From Chloroherpetonaceae bacterium (GTDB lineage: Bacteria; Bacteroidota; Chlorobiia; Chlorobiales; Thermochlorobacteraceae), in assembly GCA_046719715.1 (NCBI GenBank), contig JBDNCJ010000002.1, positions 17,646 to 81,645 on the forward strand: a DNA stretch of 64,000 bases, given 5' to 3'. Both the position numbers and the translations under genes were made by a program. Shown here piece after piece: positions 27,469 to 37,565 of this stretch. The number at the start of each line of letters is the position of its first letter. The first letter of the stretch is position 1. The notes under the pieces are model-generated. The model searched no databases. It was not told the origin of the DNA and saw only the letters and a list, made by a program, of their open reading frames with translations.

Positions 27469-29004
27469 TTAAAAGAAGCCCAACTTATTTTTGCTGTAAG
27501 AAATCAGAATGTTCTTGTTTTGACGATAGTGATTGAGCATCATCAGGTGCGTTTCGCGACCGAAGCCCGACTTCTTGTAACCGCCAAACGGCGCATGTGC
27601 AGGATAAGCGTGATAGCAATTGACCCACACTCTTCCGGCTTGAATCGCACGTGGAACGCGGTAGGCTTCGTGCATGTCGCGCGTCCAAACGCCAGCGCCG
27701 AGACCGTAGAGTGTGTCGTTGGCAATCGCAATGGCTTCGGCTTCGTCTTTGAATGTCGTCAGTGCGGTTACAGGTCCGAAGATTTCTTCTTGGAAAACGC
27801 GCATTTTGTTGTTGCCTTTGAGAATCGTCGGTTCAATGTAGAAGCCTTTCTCCAAGCCACTGTTGATTGTTGCACGCTTGCCACCCAGCAGCACTTCTGC
27901 GCCTTCTTTTTTGGCAATGTCGAAGTAAGAGAGAATTTTCTCGAGCTGGTCGTTAGAGGCTTGTGCGCCAATCATGGTGTGCTCATCGAGCGGATTGCCT
28001 TGCTTGATGGCTTTCGTGCGCGCGACAAAACGCTCAATGAACTTATCGGCGATGCTTTCTTGAACGAGCACACGTGACGGGCAGGTGCACACTTCGCCTT
28101 GATTGAGTGCGAAAAGCACAGCACCTTCCAAGCACTTGTCGAAGAATTCATCGTCGCTGTCCATTACGCTCTTGAAGTAGATGTTGGGCGATTTACCGCC
28201 GAGTTCCATTGTGGCAGGAATAAGATTTTCGGCAGTGTATTGCAGAATTAGGCGTCCTGTTGTGGTTTCGCCCGTGAAGGCAACTTTGCTCACGCGCGGC
28301 GACGAAGCCAGCGGCTTGCCCGCCTCAATGCCGAATCCATTGACCACATTGAGCACCCCTTCGGGCAGAATGTCTTGGATAAGTTCCAACCAGACCATAA
28401 TGCTTGTGGGGGTTTGTTCAGCAGGCTTGACAACTGTGCAGCAACCAGCCGCCAAAGCCGGTGCGATTTTCCATGCCGCCATCAAAAGCGGGAAATTCCA
28501 AGGAATGATTTGCCCGATGACACCAATTGGCTCTTTGATGTTGAGCGAAAGCGTGTTGTCGTCTAACTCCGATGCCGTGCCTTCTTCGGCGCGAATCACG
28601 CCTGCAAAGTAGCGATAATGGTCGACGACGAGCGGCAAATCTGCATTGAGCGTTTCGCGAATCGGCTTACCATTATCCATCGTCTCAACTTCGGCAAGAT
28701 AGACAAGGTTTTTCTCGGTGATGTCCGCAATTTTCAAAAGCAGGTTGCTTCGCTCGGTTGCTGATGTGCGCGACCACTTCGGAAAGGCTTTGTGCGCCGC
28801 ATCGAGCGCAAGGTCGATGTCTTCTTTGGTTGAGCGCGCCACTTCCGAGATGAGCGAGCCGTCAACGGGCGAAAAGTTTTCAAAGTATTGCCCTTTGACT
28901 GGCGGCGTCCACTTACCGCCAATGAAATTTTCATAGCGCGATTTGAACTTCGGACGTGCGTGAAGTGTGGCGGAATTCACGGCTTCTTCGACGAGCATTG
29001 TCAT
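27469..29004 (-). CDS. aldB: NAD-dependent aldehyde dehydrogenase (AldB/AcoD-like)
   Basis: [47 protein letters not shown]. Confidence 0.92.
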   Translation of the reverse strand: MTMLVEEAVNSATLHARPKFKSRYENFIGGKWTPPVKGQYFENFSPVDGSLISEVARSTKEDIDLALDAAHKAFPKWSRTSATERSNLLLKIADITEKNLVYLAEVETMDNGKPIRETLNADLPLVVDHYRYFAGVIRAEEGTASELDDNTLSLNIKEPIGVIGQIIPWNFPLLMAAWKIAPALAAGCCTVVKPAEQTPTSIMVWLELIQDILPEGVLNVVNGFGIEAGKPLASSPRVSKVAFTGETTTGRLILQYTAENLIPATMELGGKSPNIYFKSVMDSDDEFFDKCLEGAVLFALNQGEVCTCPSRVLVQESIADKFIERFVARTKAIKQGNPLDEHTMIGAQASNDQLEKILSYFDIAKKEGAEVLLGGKRATINSGLEKGFYIEPTILKGNNKMRVFQEEIFGPVTALTTFKDEAEAIAIANDTLYGLGAGVWTRDMHEAYRVPRAIQAGRVWVNCYHAYPAHAPFGGYKKSGFGRETHLMMLNHYRQNKNILISYSKNKLGFF

Positions 29005-29099
29005 ACAAGTTCTCCTTACAGATTTGGTTAATTGGAATTCTAGAATTGGAACTGCCGATTGGCATTGAGGCGAAGTTCAACAATAGTTTTCAAACCCGA

Positions 29100-29133
29100 T
29101 TGCACAATCGTCCCATCTTCTTGCACGATTGTC
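29100..29133. promoter_or_regulatory. Putative AraC-family operator (direct repeat, 21-bp period)
   Basis: TTGCACAATCGTC (29100) and TTGCACGATTGTC (29121) in the divergent aldB/araC intergenic region. Confidence 0.55.
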
Positions 29134-29238
29134 TCTTTTTTTTGACCGCATTTTGGCGTAAGTTCTTTTCTCAATATTCCAATTAACGAACGATGTCGAC
29201 CTTCTACGGCTATCGTTAAATCAAGAAAGGAGTACCCA

Positions 29239-30168
29239 ATGTTTTCCACGCAACACCGCCGCAACCTTGAAAAACGCTTGCAAACGCTCATTGAGAATCG
29301 AAGCGTCTATACCCTTGAAAATTCTGAACTCAATCTCTTTGAAACCTACCAGCGATGCTTTTCCGTTGAACTCCAATTCCGCGAGCCGATTGCCGTTACG
29401 ATGATTCAAGGCAAAAAAGTCATGCATCTTTCAGAACAACATCATTTTGATTTTTTTCCGAATCAATCGCTCATCTTGCCTGCCAATGAACCGATGAAGA
29501 TTGATTTTCCCGAAGCCTCGATGGAAAATCCCACTCGTTGTCTTGCATTGGCAATCTCCCCTGAATTGATTCGCGCCGTCGCCGCCGACCTCAACGAGCA
29601 ATTTCCAAAACTTGACTCCCAACCATGGAATTTAGACGAGACCCAATTTTACTTGGGAGACGACCGACGCATCGTCCAAACCATTCATCAACTCGTTCAA
29701 ATTTTCGTCGATGATGAACCCGCCAAAGACATCCTTGCTTCGCTCAAATTGCGCGAACTCTTGGTGCGCGCCATGCAAACCCAAGCCAAACTGCTTCTCT
29801 TGAAAGAGTGTAATCAACGGGCTCAACATCATCGCCTTGCCGCCGCGATTGATTACATCAAAGCGCATTTGCACGAGCGTATCTGCATCGAAGACCTTTG
29901 TAAAAAAAGTTGTATGAGTCGGCAACACTTCTTCCGAAGTTTCAAACAAGAATTAGGAATTACGCCGATTGAGTTCATCAATCAAGAGCGGATTAAACTT
30001 GCTAAGCAATACCTTGCCTACTCGCATTTGTCAGTTTCAGAGGTCTGTTATCAGGTTGGTTTTAGCAGCGTCGCCTATTTTGACCGCGTCTTCAAACACT
30101 ACGTCGGAAAATCGCCTCGCACGTTCCAACAAGAGCTTTTACAAACTTCACTATCAAACGGAAAATGA
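29239..30168 (+). CDS. AraC family transcriptional regulator
   Basis: C-terminal double HTH (MSRQHFFRSFKQELGITP...VGFSSVAYFDRVFK); divergent from aldB. Confidence 0.92.
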   Translation: MFSTQHRRNLEKRLQTLIENRSVYTLENSELNLFETYQRCFSVELQFREPIAVTMIQGKKVMHLSEQHHFDFFPNQSLILPANEPMKIDFPEASMENPTRCLALAISPELIRAVAADLNEQFPKLDSQPWNLDETQFYLGDDRRIVQTIHQLVQIFVDDEPAKDILASLKLRELLVRAMQTQAKLLLLKECNQRAQHHRLAAAIDYIKAHLHERICIEDLCKKSCMSRQHFFRSFKQELGITPIEFINQERIKLAKQYLAYSHLSVSEVCYQVGFSSVAYFDRVFKHYVGKSPRTFQQELLQTSLSNGK

Positions 30169-31280
30169 CGACGCTCCTTGCTGCAATCGCCGTTTGGTTT
30201 CAAGCCGTTGCGACGGACTTTTCGCGAACGCGCGCCGTTGTTGAATCGTCAATCACCCAACATGCCTTTCCATCTGCGACGCTTCTGATTTGGAAGGACG
30301 GTAACATCGTTTTTCACGACAGTTTCGGGCGATTGACCTACGAGCGCAACGCGCGCAAAACCGACACCTTGACACTCTACGACCTTGCTTCGCTCACCAA
30401 GCCCCTCGCTGTTACGCTTTCGCTGATGAAGTTTCACAGCGAGGGTAAAATTCGACTCAATGATTCACTCAAAACCTTTCTTCCGCAAACCGCTAACGGC
30501 GGCAAAGAACATCTCACGCTCAAAGATTTGCTTTTGCATCAATCAGGCTTGATTGCGTTCAGGCGATATTATGATTGCTGTTCAACCGAAGCCCAAGTCC
30601 TATCAAGGATTTACAGCGACACGCTGATACGGCGCATCGGCGACACGACGATTTACAGCGATTTAAATTTCGTTTTGCTCGGCAAAGTGGTTGAAGCGAT
30701 TTCAGGCAAAAGATTAGATGAACATTTTGCAGAAACCTTTGCTCGTCCGCTGGGCTTGAAGCATCTGATGTTTTCTCCTCCCGATTCGCTCTCATACCGC
30801 ATTGCGCCGACCGAAGCCGATACACATTGGAAGTTTTCGTTGCCTCGTCCCAAAGTCCACGACCCAACGGCGGCGATGCTTCGGGGCGTTTCAGGCAACG
30901 CAGGTTTGTTCGGGAATGCAAGCGGCATTTTGCACCTCGTGCTTCCACTTCTCAACGGCGGCAAAGTAGATTCCCTTCACTTCTTCACGCCTGAAACGAT
31001 TGAGATTTTCACTACGCGCGACCCCAAACACAAACTCCGCGCACTCGGCTGGGATATGCGCACCAACAACGAAAAAACTTCAACCGGAAAATACTTTTCA
31101 ATGAACACCTTCGGACACACCGGCTTCACCGGCACCAGCCTCTGGATTGACCCCTCGCGAAACCTTTGCGTGATTTTCCTCACCAATCGCGTGTATCCGA
31201 CCGCCTCTAATCGCCAAATCCTTTCGGTCCGACGCGCTCTGCACGACGCAATTATTGAAGATTTAGAACGGCGTAAATAA
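30165..31280 (+). CDS. Serine hydrolase, beta-lactamase class C-like family
   Basis: ASLTK (SxxK), YSD, GHTGFTGT, LTNR motifs. Confidence 0.9.
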   Translation: MTTLLAAIAVWFQAVATDFSRTRAVVESSITQHAFPSATLLIWKDGNIVFHDSFGRLTYERNARKTDTLTLYDLASLTKPLAVTLSLMKFHSEGKIRLNDSLKTFLPQTANGGKEHLTLKDLLLHQSGLIAFRRYYDCCSTEAQVLSRIYSDTLIRRIGDTTIYSDLNFVLLGKVVEAISGKRLDEHFAETFARPLGLKHLMFSPPDSLSYRIAPTEADTHWKFSLPRPKVHDPTAAMLRGVSGNAGLFGNASGILHLVLPLLNGGKVDSLHFFTPETIEIFTTRDPKHKLRALGWDMRTNNEKTSTGKYFSMNTFGHTGFTGTSLWIDPSRNLCVIFLTNRVYPTASNRQILSVRRALHDAIIEDLERRK

Positions 31281-31282
31281 CC

Positions 31283-31290
31283 TATCTTTG
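31283..31290 (+). promoter_or_regulatory. Putative -7 promoter element
   Basis: TATCTTTG 20 nt upstream of ATG 31311. Confidence 0.45.
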
Positions 31291-31310
31291 CGCGACCTAA
31301 CCTATTGGCA

Positions 31311-33311
31311 ATGACCACGACAACCGACTTTGCACTCCGCTACGACCGTCGGAATTTTTCCGATGACGCCTTGCTCGATTTGTATCGCGCGATTCTTCTT
31401 CCACGCTTGATTGAAGAAAAGAGTTTGCGGCTCTTGCGTCAGAACAAACTCTCAAAATGGTTTTCAGGCATTGGACAAGAAGCCATTGCCGTTGGCGCAA
31501 CAAAAGCCCTGCGCGAGAGTGATTACATTTTTCCACTGCACCGCAATCTCGGTGTTTTTACCACGCGCAATCTTCCGCTTCAAAAACTTTTCTCGCAGTG
31601 GGAAGGCGGGAAAACAGGCTACACCAAAGGACGCGACCGCTCGTTTCACTTCGGTGCGCCTGAACATCGCATCATCGGCATGATTTCTCACTTGGGCGCG
31701 ATGCTCGGCGTTGCCGACGGCGTCGCACTCGCTCATCAACTCGATGGCGAACCCGTCATTGCGCTTGCGTTTTCAGGCGAAGGCGCTACTTCCGAAGGCG
31801 ACTTTCATGAAGCCCTCAACCTCGCCGCCGTTTGGGATTTGCCCGTGATTTTTCTCGTGGAAAATAACGGCTACGGACTCTCTACGCCCACACATGAACA
31901 ATTCCGCTGCAACGCCATCGCCGATAAAGCCGTCGGCTACGGCATAGACGGCGTGCAAATTGACGGCAATAATATCTTGGAAGTCTATCAAACCATCTCG
32001 CAACTTGCATGCGAGATGCGTCGCAATCCAAAGCCCGTTCTCGTTGAAGCCCTCACCTTCCGAATGCGCGGACACGAAGAAGCCAGCGGCACGAAATACG
32101 TCCCGCAACATCTCTTTGACGAGTGGGCAAAGAAAGACCCCGTTCACAACTTTGAACAGTTCTTGCTCGACATCGGCTTGCTCACTCCCTCAATGATTGA
32201 GACAATCAAAGACGATTTCAAACACAAAATTGACGACGCTTGGGACGCCGTTTTCAAAGAGCACCCTCTCACAGCAAATGCCAACGAAGAACTTGCCGAC
32301 GTTTATGCGCCACAACGCTATACACTCACGCCGCCAAGTTCCAACAACAAGTCTAAAAAGCGCATGGTCAATGCCATCTCTGACGGCTTGCGCGAAGCGA
32401 TGCGGCGCGATTCATCTATCGTGATGATGGGACAAGATATTGCCGAATATGGTGGGGTATTCAAAGTTACGGAAGGATTTGTTGAGGAATTCGGCAAAGC
32501 GCGGATTCGCAATACGCCGATATTGGAATCGGGCGCAATCGCATGCGGACTTGGACTTTCAATCGCGGGCAAACGTGCGATTGTTGAAATGCAATTTGCC
32601 GATTTCGTCTCGTGCGCGTTCAGTCAAATCATTAACAACCTTGCGAAAACGCACTATCGCTGGGGGCACGGCGTTAAAGTTCTTGTTCGACTTCCAACGG
32701 GTGCAGGCGTCGGCGCAGGACCGTTTCACTCGCAAAGTTTAGAGGCAGTTTTCGCCCATGTTCCGGGATTGAAAATCGTTTATCCTTCCTCGCCGTTTGA
32801 TGCAAAAGGACTTTTAACGACTTCCCTGCTTGAAGAAAATCCCGTTCTGTTTTTTGAACATAAAGCGTTGTATCGCAGCATTGAGGGCGACGTTCCCGAC
32901 GGCTACTACAACGTGCCACTCGGCGTTGCAAACGCCGTCTCAAGCGGCGAGCGTGCAACGGTCGTTACTTACGGCGCAGGCGTTCATTGGGCAATGGAAC
33001 TTGCGCGCGACTTTTCAAATCAACTTGACATTGTTGACTTGCGCACACTCTTGCCATTTGATAAAGAGACGATTTTTAATTCTGTTCGGAAAACCAGCAA
33101 ATGCCTTGTCTTGCATGAAGATACGCTTACAATGGGCATCGGCGCAGAGATTGCCGCATGGATTGGCGAGCATTGTTTTCGCTATCTTGACGCGCCCGTC
33201 ATGCGTTTAGGCTCGCTCGATACGCCCGTTCCATTTTCGACTGTGCTTGAAACAGAGTTTCTGGCAAAACGAAGATTGAAAACAAAACTCACTGAACTTC
33301 TTAACTTTTGA
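31311..33311 (+). CDS. 2-oxoacid (probably branched-chain) dehydrogenase E1, fused alpha/beta subunit
   Basis: GEGATSEG...NN TPP motif, RMRGHEE, beta part with YGGVFK, EMQFADF and GPFHSQ. Confidence 0.9.
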   Translation: MTTTTDFALRYDRRNFSDDALLDLYRAILLPRLIEEKSLRLLRQNKLSKWFSGIGQEAIAVGATKALRESDYIFPLHRNLGVFTTRNLPLQKLFSQWEGGKTGYTKGRDRSFHFGAPEHRIIGMISHLGAMLGVADGVALAHQLDGEPVIALAFSGEGATSEGDFHEALNLAAVWDLPVIFLVENNGYGLSTPTHEQFRCNAIADKAVGYGIDGVQIDGNNILEVYQTISQLACEMRRNPKPVLVEALTFRMRGHEEASGTKYVPQHLFDEWAKKDPVHNFEQFLLDIGLLTPSMIETIKDDFKHKIDDAWDAVFKEHPLTANANEELADVYAPQRYTLTPPSSNNKSKKRMVNAISDGLREAMRRDSSIVMMGQDIAEYGGVFKVTEGFVEEFGKARIRNTPILESGAIACGLGLSIAGKRAIVEMQFADFVSCAFSQIINNLAKTHYRWGHGVKVLVRLPTGAGVGAGPFHSQSLEAVFAHVPGLKIVYPSSPFDAKGLLTTSLLEENPVLFFEHKALYRSIEGDVPDGYYNVPLGVANAVSSGERATVVTYGAGVHWAMELARDFSNQLDIVDLRTLLPFDKETIFNSVRKTSKCLVLHEDTLTMGIGAEIAAWIGEHCFRYLDAPVMRLGSLDTPVPFSTVLETEFLAKRRLKTKLTELLNF

Positions 33312-33314
33312 ATT

Positions 33315-34025
33315 ATGTCCAAACTTCGCATTGGCATTGTGGTTTTTCCCGGCTCAAATTGCGACCACGACGCACAAGTCGTCGTCAATTCGCTTCCCAA
33401 CACCGAAGCCGTGATGCTCTGGCACAAAGAGCATACACTCAAAAACGTTGATGCTGTGATTTTGCCTGGCGGCTTTTCCTTCGGCGACTACTTGCGCACC
33501 GGCGCAATCGCCAAGTTCTCTCCTGTTATGACGGAAGTGATAGATTTTGCCATGCGCGGCAATCCTGTTCTTGGCATTTGCAACGGCTTTCAAATCCTGA
33601 CGGAGTGCGGGTTGTTAGAGGGCGCACTGCTTCGCAACATCAATCGCCGATTTATTTCAAAGCATGTGTTCATTCGCGTTGAAAACAACCAAACCATTTT
33701 TACAAGCCAATACCGACAGGGCGACGTGCTCCACATTCCCATCGCACACGGCGAAGGCAACTACTACGCCGACGATGAAACACTCAAAAAACTTCAAGCC
33801 AATCGTCAAATCATCTTTACCTACTGCGACAAAGACGGCAATCTGACGCCCGAAGCCAATCCAAACGGCTCTCTTCTCAACATCGCTGGCATTTGCAATG
33901 AAAAGAAAAATGTGCTCGGCTTAATGCCTCACCCTGAACGCGCCAGCGAAGCCTTGCTTGGTTCAACCGACGGACGAAAACTTTTTGAATCGCTTGTGAC
34001 CAGTTTCCTCGTTCAAACGGTTTAG
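33315..34025 (+). CDS. purQ: Phosphoribosylformylglycinamidine synthase subunit PurQ
   Basis: [31 protein letters not shown]. Confidence 0.97.
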   Translation: MSKLRIGIVVFPGSNCDHDAQVVVNSLPNTEAVMLWHKEHTLKNVDAVILPGGFSFGDYLRTGAIAKFSPVMTEVIDFAMRGNPVLGICNGFQILTECGLLEGALLRNINRRFISKHVFIRVENNQTIFTSQYRQGDVLHIPIAHGEGNYYADDETLKKLQANRQIIFTYCDKDGNLTPEANPNGSLLNIAGICNEKKNVLGLMPHPERASEALLGSTDGRKLFESLVTSFLVQTV

Positions 34026-34052
34026 CGTTTTTTCAATTTGAATGCTCTCGCT

Positions 34053-34928
34053 ATGCGTGTCTTGCTTCTTTTGATTTTTCTCTCACTCTCAACCATGCTT
34101 TCCGGACAACCATTGAGCCACACTAACGATGCGCATACTCCCAAATTTTACCCCGCGCAAATCACCTACGACTCGACGTCGTTTCAATCCTTCTATGCGT
34201 CTTATCAAGCCTTCAAGCAAAAGTATCAATTCATTTATCTGAGAGAAATTTTGGATTCTGTCGGTTGCACGATTGGACAACTTGCCTACGCCGCCAAGCC
34301 AATTATGCTCAACTACAAGCCATATTTGAAAAATCGCGATACCACTTCAGCCATGCTGATGGCAGTTCGAAGATTCATTGACGAAAACGCATTTCTCTTC
34401 CATACCGAATCCAATCAAATTGTTCTGAACTCGATTGTTGAGGAAAACGGTTACAAGAGCATCTTGTTTGAGTGTTCAGACTATCGCAACGGCTATCGTG
34501 CCGGCGGCAAGACGAAAGGTATGATTGAATTTGTGCTCGGAAAAAACGGTGAACTCGCTGTTCTGGCGTCGACTTCAATTCGTAAGAAACCGGTGCCCGT
34601 TGAGAAGCCGTCTATTTCGCCTGACCAACTGACCAAATCACTTCTCTATCGCCGATTCACGGTGGATTTAGGCGAGCAATCTTTTTCATATTTAGTCGAT
34701 AGAATTGATGTCATCAAGGTTAAACGTATGTGTGTTTATGAAGTGCGCGATTACGACGAGATTGAAAACGAACAGGGCGAACTCATAGAGCGACGCTTGC
34801 GCAAGTCGAGTGTGCATTTAGCGTTCGAAGTTGAAATTGAAATCGGCTACAAAAAGCCTATTGTGCGGCTTTATATTGACGCCTTCACAGGCAAGGAACT
34901 GGCTATCGAGTATCCTTTTTTAGAATGA
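34053..34928 (+). CDS. Hypothetical exported protein with PepSY-like C-terminus
   Basis: Signal peptide; ends LAFEVEI...LYIDAFTGKEL. Confidence 0.6.
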   Translation: MRVLLLLIFLSLSTMLSGQPLSHTNDAHTPKFYPAQITYDSTSFQSFYASYQAFKQKYQFIYLREILDSVGCTIGQLAYAAKPIMLNYKPYLKNRDTTSAMLMAVRRFIDENAFLFHTESNQIVLNSIVEENGYKSILFECSDYRNGYRAGGKTKGMIEFVLGKNGELAVLASTSIRKKPVPVEKPSISPDQLTKSLLYRRFTVDLGEQSFSYLVDRIDVIKVKRMCVYEVRDYDEIENEQGELIERRLRKSSVHLAFEVEIEIGYKKPIVRLYIDAFTGKELAIEYPFLE

Positions 34929-34958
34929 TTTTTTGAAACCTTCCAACAACTACTGCTG

Positions 34959-36110
34959 ATGAATCAAACTCTGCCTAAAAAATGCGATGTGGTGATTGTC
35001 GGAGGCGGCATCATTGGACTTTCAATCGGTTGGCAACTTTTGCGTCGGGGCATTGAAGTTACGCTGATTGAAAAAGGTGAAGCGGGCAAAGCGGCAAGTT
35101 GGCTCGCGGCAGGTATGCTCGCGCCCAACGCCGAAGTCGGCTTCGAAGAAATCAACTTCTTGAAGTTCGGCGAAAAAAGCCTCTCGCTTTATCCAATGTT
35201 CCTTGATGAACTTAGAGAAGATTCAGGTATCGCCGTTCCGCTTGATGAATGCGGCACGCTGATGATTGCATTGGATAGAGACGACCGCGAATATCTCAAA
35301 CGCCTTTATGACTTTCGCAAATCGCTCAAACTGCCTGCCGAGTGGCTTAGCGGCATAGAAGCCCGTAATCTTGAACCCATGCTTTCACCGAAAGTTGTCT
35401 CGGGTTTATGGCTTACGAACGATGCCCAAATCGATAATCGCCTGCTTGTTTCGGCGTTGAAGCAAGCCTTTTTGAACAAAGGCGGAACGCTCATTGAGCA
35501 GTGCCCTGTGCATTCGGTTGATGTTTCAGCGAACACCTTGCAAACCGAAATCGGCGCGATTCAATTCTCGCGATTGGTTTTAGCGATAGGCTGTTGGTCG
35601 CGACACATTGACGGCATTCCTGATGAGCATCTTCCGCCGGTGCGTCCTGTCAAAGGTCAAATTCTGACGCTTCAAATGAGCCAAGACCTTACGCTCTCGA
35701 AAGTAATCCGCTCGCCGCGTGTCTATCTTGCGCCGAAGCATGATGGGCGATTGGTCGTCGGTGCAACAAGCGAAGAGCGCGGATTTGACGAAAGCATCAC
35801 GGCGGGCGGCGTGCTCGATTTGTTGCAAGAAGGCTACGAAGCTGTGCCCGCGATTTACGAAATGACGCTTCAAGAAGTGCGTGTCGGTTTGCGCCCCGCC
35901 TCACGCGATAACGAACCCATTTTAGGCGAATCGCCTTATCCGAACATCTTTTACGCTACAGGGCATTATCGACACGGCATTTTGCTTGCACCTATTACTG
36001 CACTCGAGATGAGCAATTATCTTTTGAACGGTGTTTTTTCTGACGAAGCAAAACCTTTTCTTGCCTCTCGCTTCTTTCATCACGAGCATTTGATAAGACA
36101 TGAACCATGA
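34959..36110 (+). CDS. thiO: Glycine oxidase ThiO
   Basis: GGGIIG FAD motif, ASWLAAGMLAP, PVKGQ, GHYRHGILLAP; adjacent to thiS. Confidence 0.93.
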   Translation: MNQTLPKKCDVVIVGGGIIGLSIGWQLLRRGIEVTLIEKGEAGKAASWLAAGMLAPNAEVGFEEINFLKFGEKSLSLYPMFLDELREDSGIAVPLDECGTLMIALDRDDREYLKRLYDFRKSLKLPAEWLSGIEARNLEPMLSPKVVSGLWLTNDAQIDNRLLVSALKQAFLNKGGTLIEQCPVHSVDVSANTLQTEIGAIQFSRLVLAIGCWSRHIDGIPDEHLPPVRPVKGQILTLQMSQDLTLSKVIRSPRVYLAPKHDGRLVVGATSEERGFDESITAGGVLDLLQEGYEAVPAIYEMTLQEVRVGLRPASRDNEPILGESPYPNIFYATGHYRHGILLAPITALEMSNYLLNGVFSDEAKPFLASRFFHHEHLIRHEP

Positions 36111-36313
36111 CGATCATCATTAACGGCAAACCAACGGAACTTCCTTATGCGCTCACGCTGTCTGAAATCCTGATTCAGAACGGCGTTACATCGGAGCAAA
36201 AAGGCATCGCTGTCGCCTACAACGACGAAGTTGTCATGAAATCGCAATGGAATAAACTCAAAGTGCAAGAGGGCGACCGACTTGAAATCGTCCGCGCAAC
36301 ACAAGGCGGATAA
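36107..36313 (+). CDS. thiS: Sulfur carrier protein ThiS
   Basis: 68 aa, ING...AVAYN...GDRLEIV..TQGG, C-terminal GG. Confidence 0.95.
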   Translation: MTIIINGKPTELPYALTLSEILIQNGVTSEQKGIAVAYNDEVVMKSQWNKLKVQEGDRLEIVRATQGG

Positions 36314-36330
36314 CTTACCATCACTTAATT

Positions 36331-37485
36331 ATGCAACGGCTTAAAATCGGAATTACGTGTTACCCCACTTATGGCGGAAGCGGCGTTGTCGCAACTGAAC
36401 TTGGCAAAGCCCTCTCGGAAAAAGGGCATATTATTCACTTCATCAGTTACGGCTTGCCGTTTCGACTTCGCACATTTTCCGAAAACATCTTCTATCACGA
36501 GGTCGATATTAACACTTATCCGCTCTTTGAGTATCCGCCGTATTCGATTTCGCTGGCTTCCAAAATGGCAGAAGTGATGTGTTATGAAGAGTTGGATTTA
36601 TTGCATGTGCATTATGCGATTCCGCACGCGATTAGTGCATTTTTAGCCCGAGAAATCCAGCGCGATAGAGCAAGCCTTATGAAACAATGCAAAGAAGCCA
36701 AAATTATTACGACGCTTCACGGCACTGATATTACGCTGGTCGGAAGCGACCCGAGTTTGAGCGGCGCGGTGCGTCTGGGCGTCAATCAATCCGATATGGT
36801 AACAACGGTGTCGGATTATTTGAGAAGAAAGACGATTGAAGATTTCGCTCCGACGCGCCCGATTCATGTCGTTAAAAATTTCGTTGATACCAATGAGTTT
36901 TCACGCAAGGCAGATTCAGAGCGATTCCGTGCGGCGTTTGCCACGAAAGACGAGCGGATTCTGATTCATCTTTCCAACTTTCGTCCGCTCAAGCGTGTCA
37001 AAGATGTGATTCGCATTTTTGAAAAAGTGCATCGCCAAATGCCTTCACGACTGCTTCTGATTGGCGACGGCGTCGAGCGCGCCGAAGCCGAGCATCTTGC
37101 ACGTGACCTTAAAATTTCCGATTGCGTGCGCTTTCTCGGCAAACAAGAAGCCGTTGTTGAATTGCTTTCCATCGCCGACGTGATGCTCATGCCAAGCGAA
37201 TCGGAGTCGTTTGGATTGGCGGCGTTAGAGGCAATGGCGTGCGGCGTGCCAGTGGTCTCTTCAAACATTGGCGGATTGCCAGAACTGGTTACGCACGGAT
37301 TCAACGGCTTCCTTTCCGACGTCGGCGCGATTGAGGACATGGCTTCACACGTACTCCATATTCTCGAGTCGCGGGCGCGTTGGGAAACTTTTTCCCGTCA
37401 TGCTCGCGAAACCGCACTCCGATTTGATACGGAGCAAATAGTACCTATCTACGAGCGTCTTTATGAGGACGTCCTCGCTTCTTAA
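36331..37485 (+). CDS. bshA: N-acetyl-alpha-D-glucosaminyl L-malate synthase BshA
   Basis: KIGITCYPTYGGSGVVATELG, HVHYAIPHA, TTLHGTDITLVG, ESFGLAALEAM. Confidence 0.95.
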   Translation: MQRLKIGITCYPTYGGSGVVATELGKALSEKGHIIHFISYGLPFRLRTFSENIFYHEVDINTYPLFEYPPYSISLASKMAEVMCYEELDLLHVHYAIPHAISAFLAREIQRDRASLMKQCKEAKIITTLHGTDITLVGSDPSLSGAVRLGVNQSDMVTTVSDYLRRKTIEDFAPTRPIHVVKNFVDTNEFSRKADSERFRAAFATKDERILIHLSNFRPLKRVKDVIRIFEKVHRQMPSRLLLIGDGVERAEAEHLARDLKISDCVRFLGKQEAVVELLSIADVMLMPSESESFGLAALEAMACGVPVVSSNIGGLPELVTHGFNGFLSDVGAIEDMASHVLHILESRARWETFSRHARETALRFDTEQIVPIYERLYEDVLAS

Positions 37486-37565
37486 CATTGGTTTGAATTG
37501 GCTATCTTCAAAAGTCATGCATTATCGTTATCCGCGTTATCGTTATCAATTAGGTTGAACGCTTT

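Noticed and set aside
34929-34958. TPP riboswitch ahead of thiO-thiS
   Set aside because: The intergenic gap is only 30 nt and contains no TPP aptamer core.
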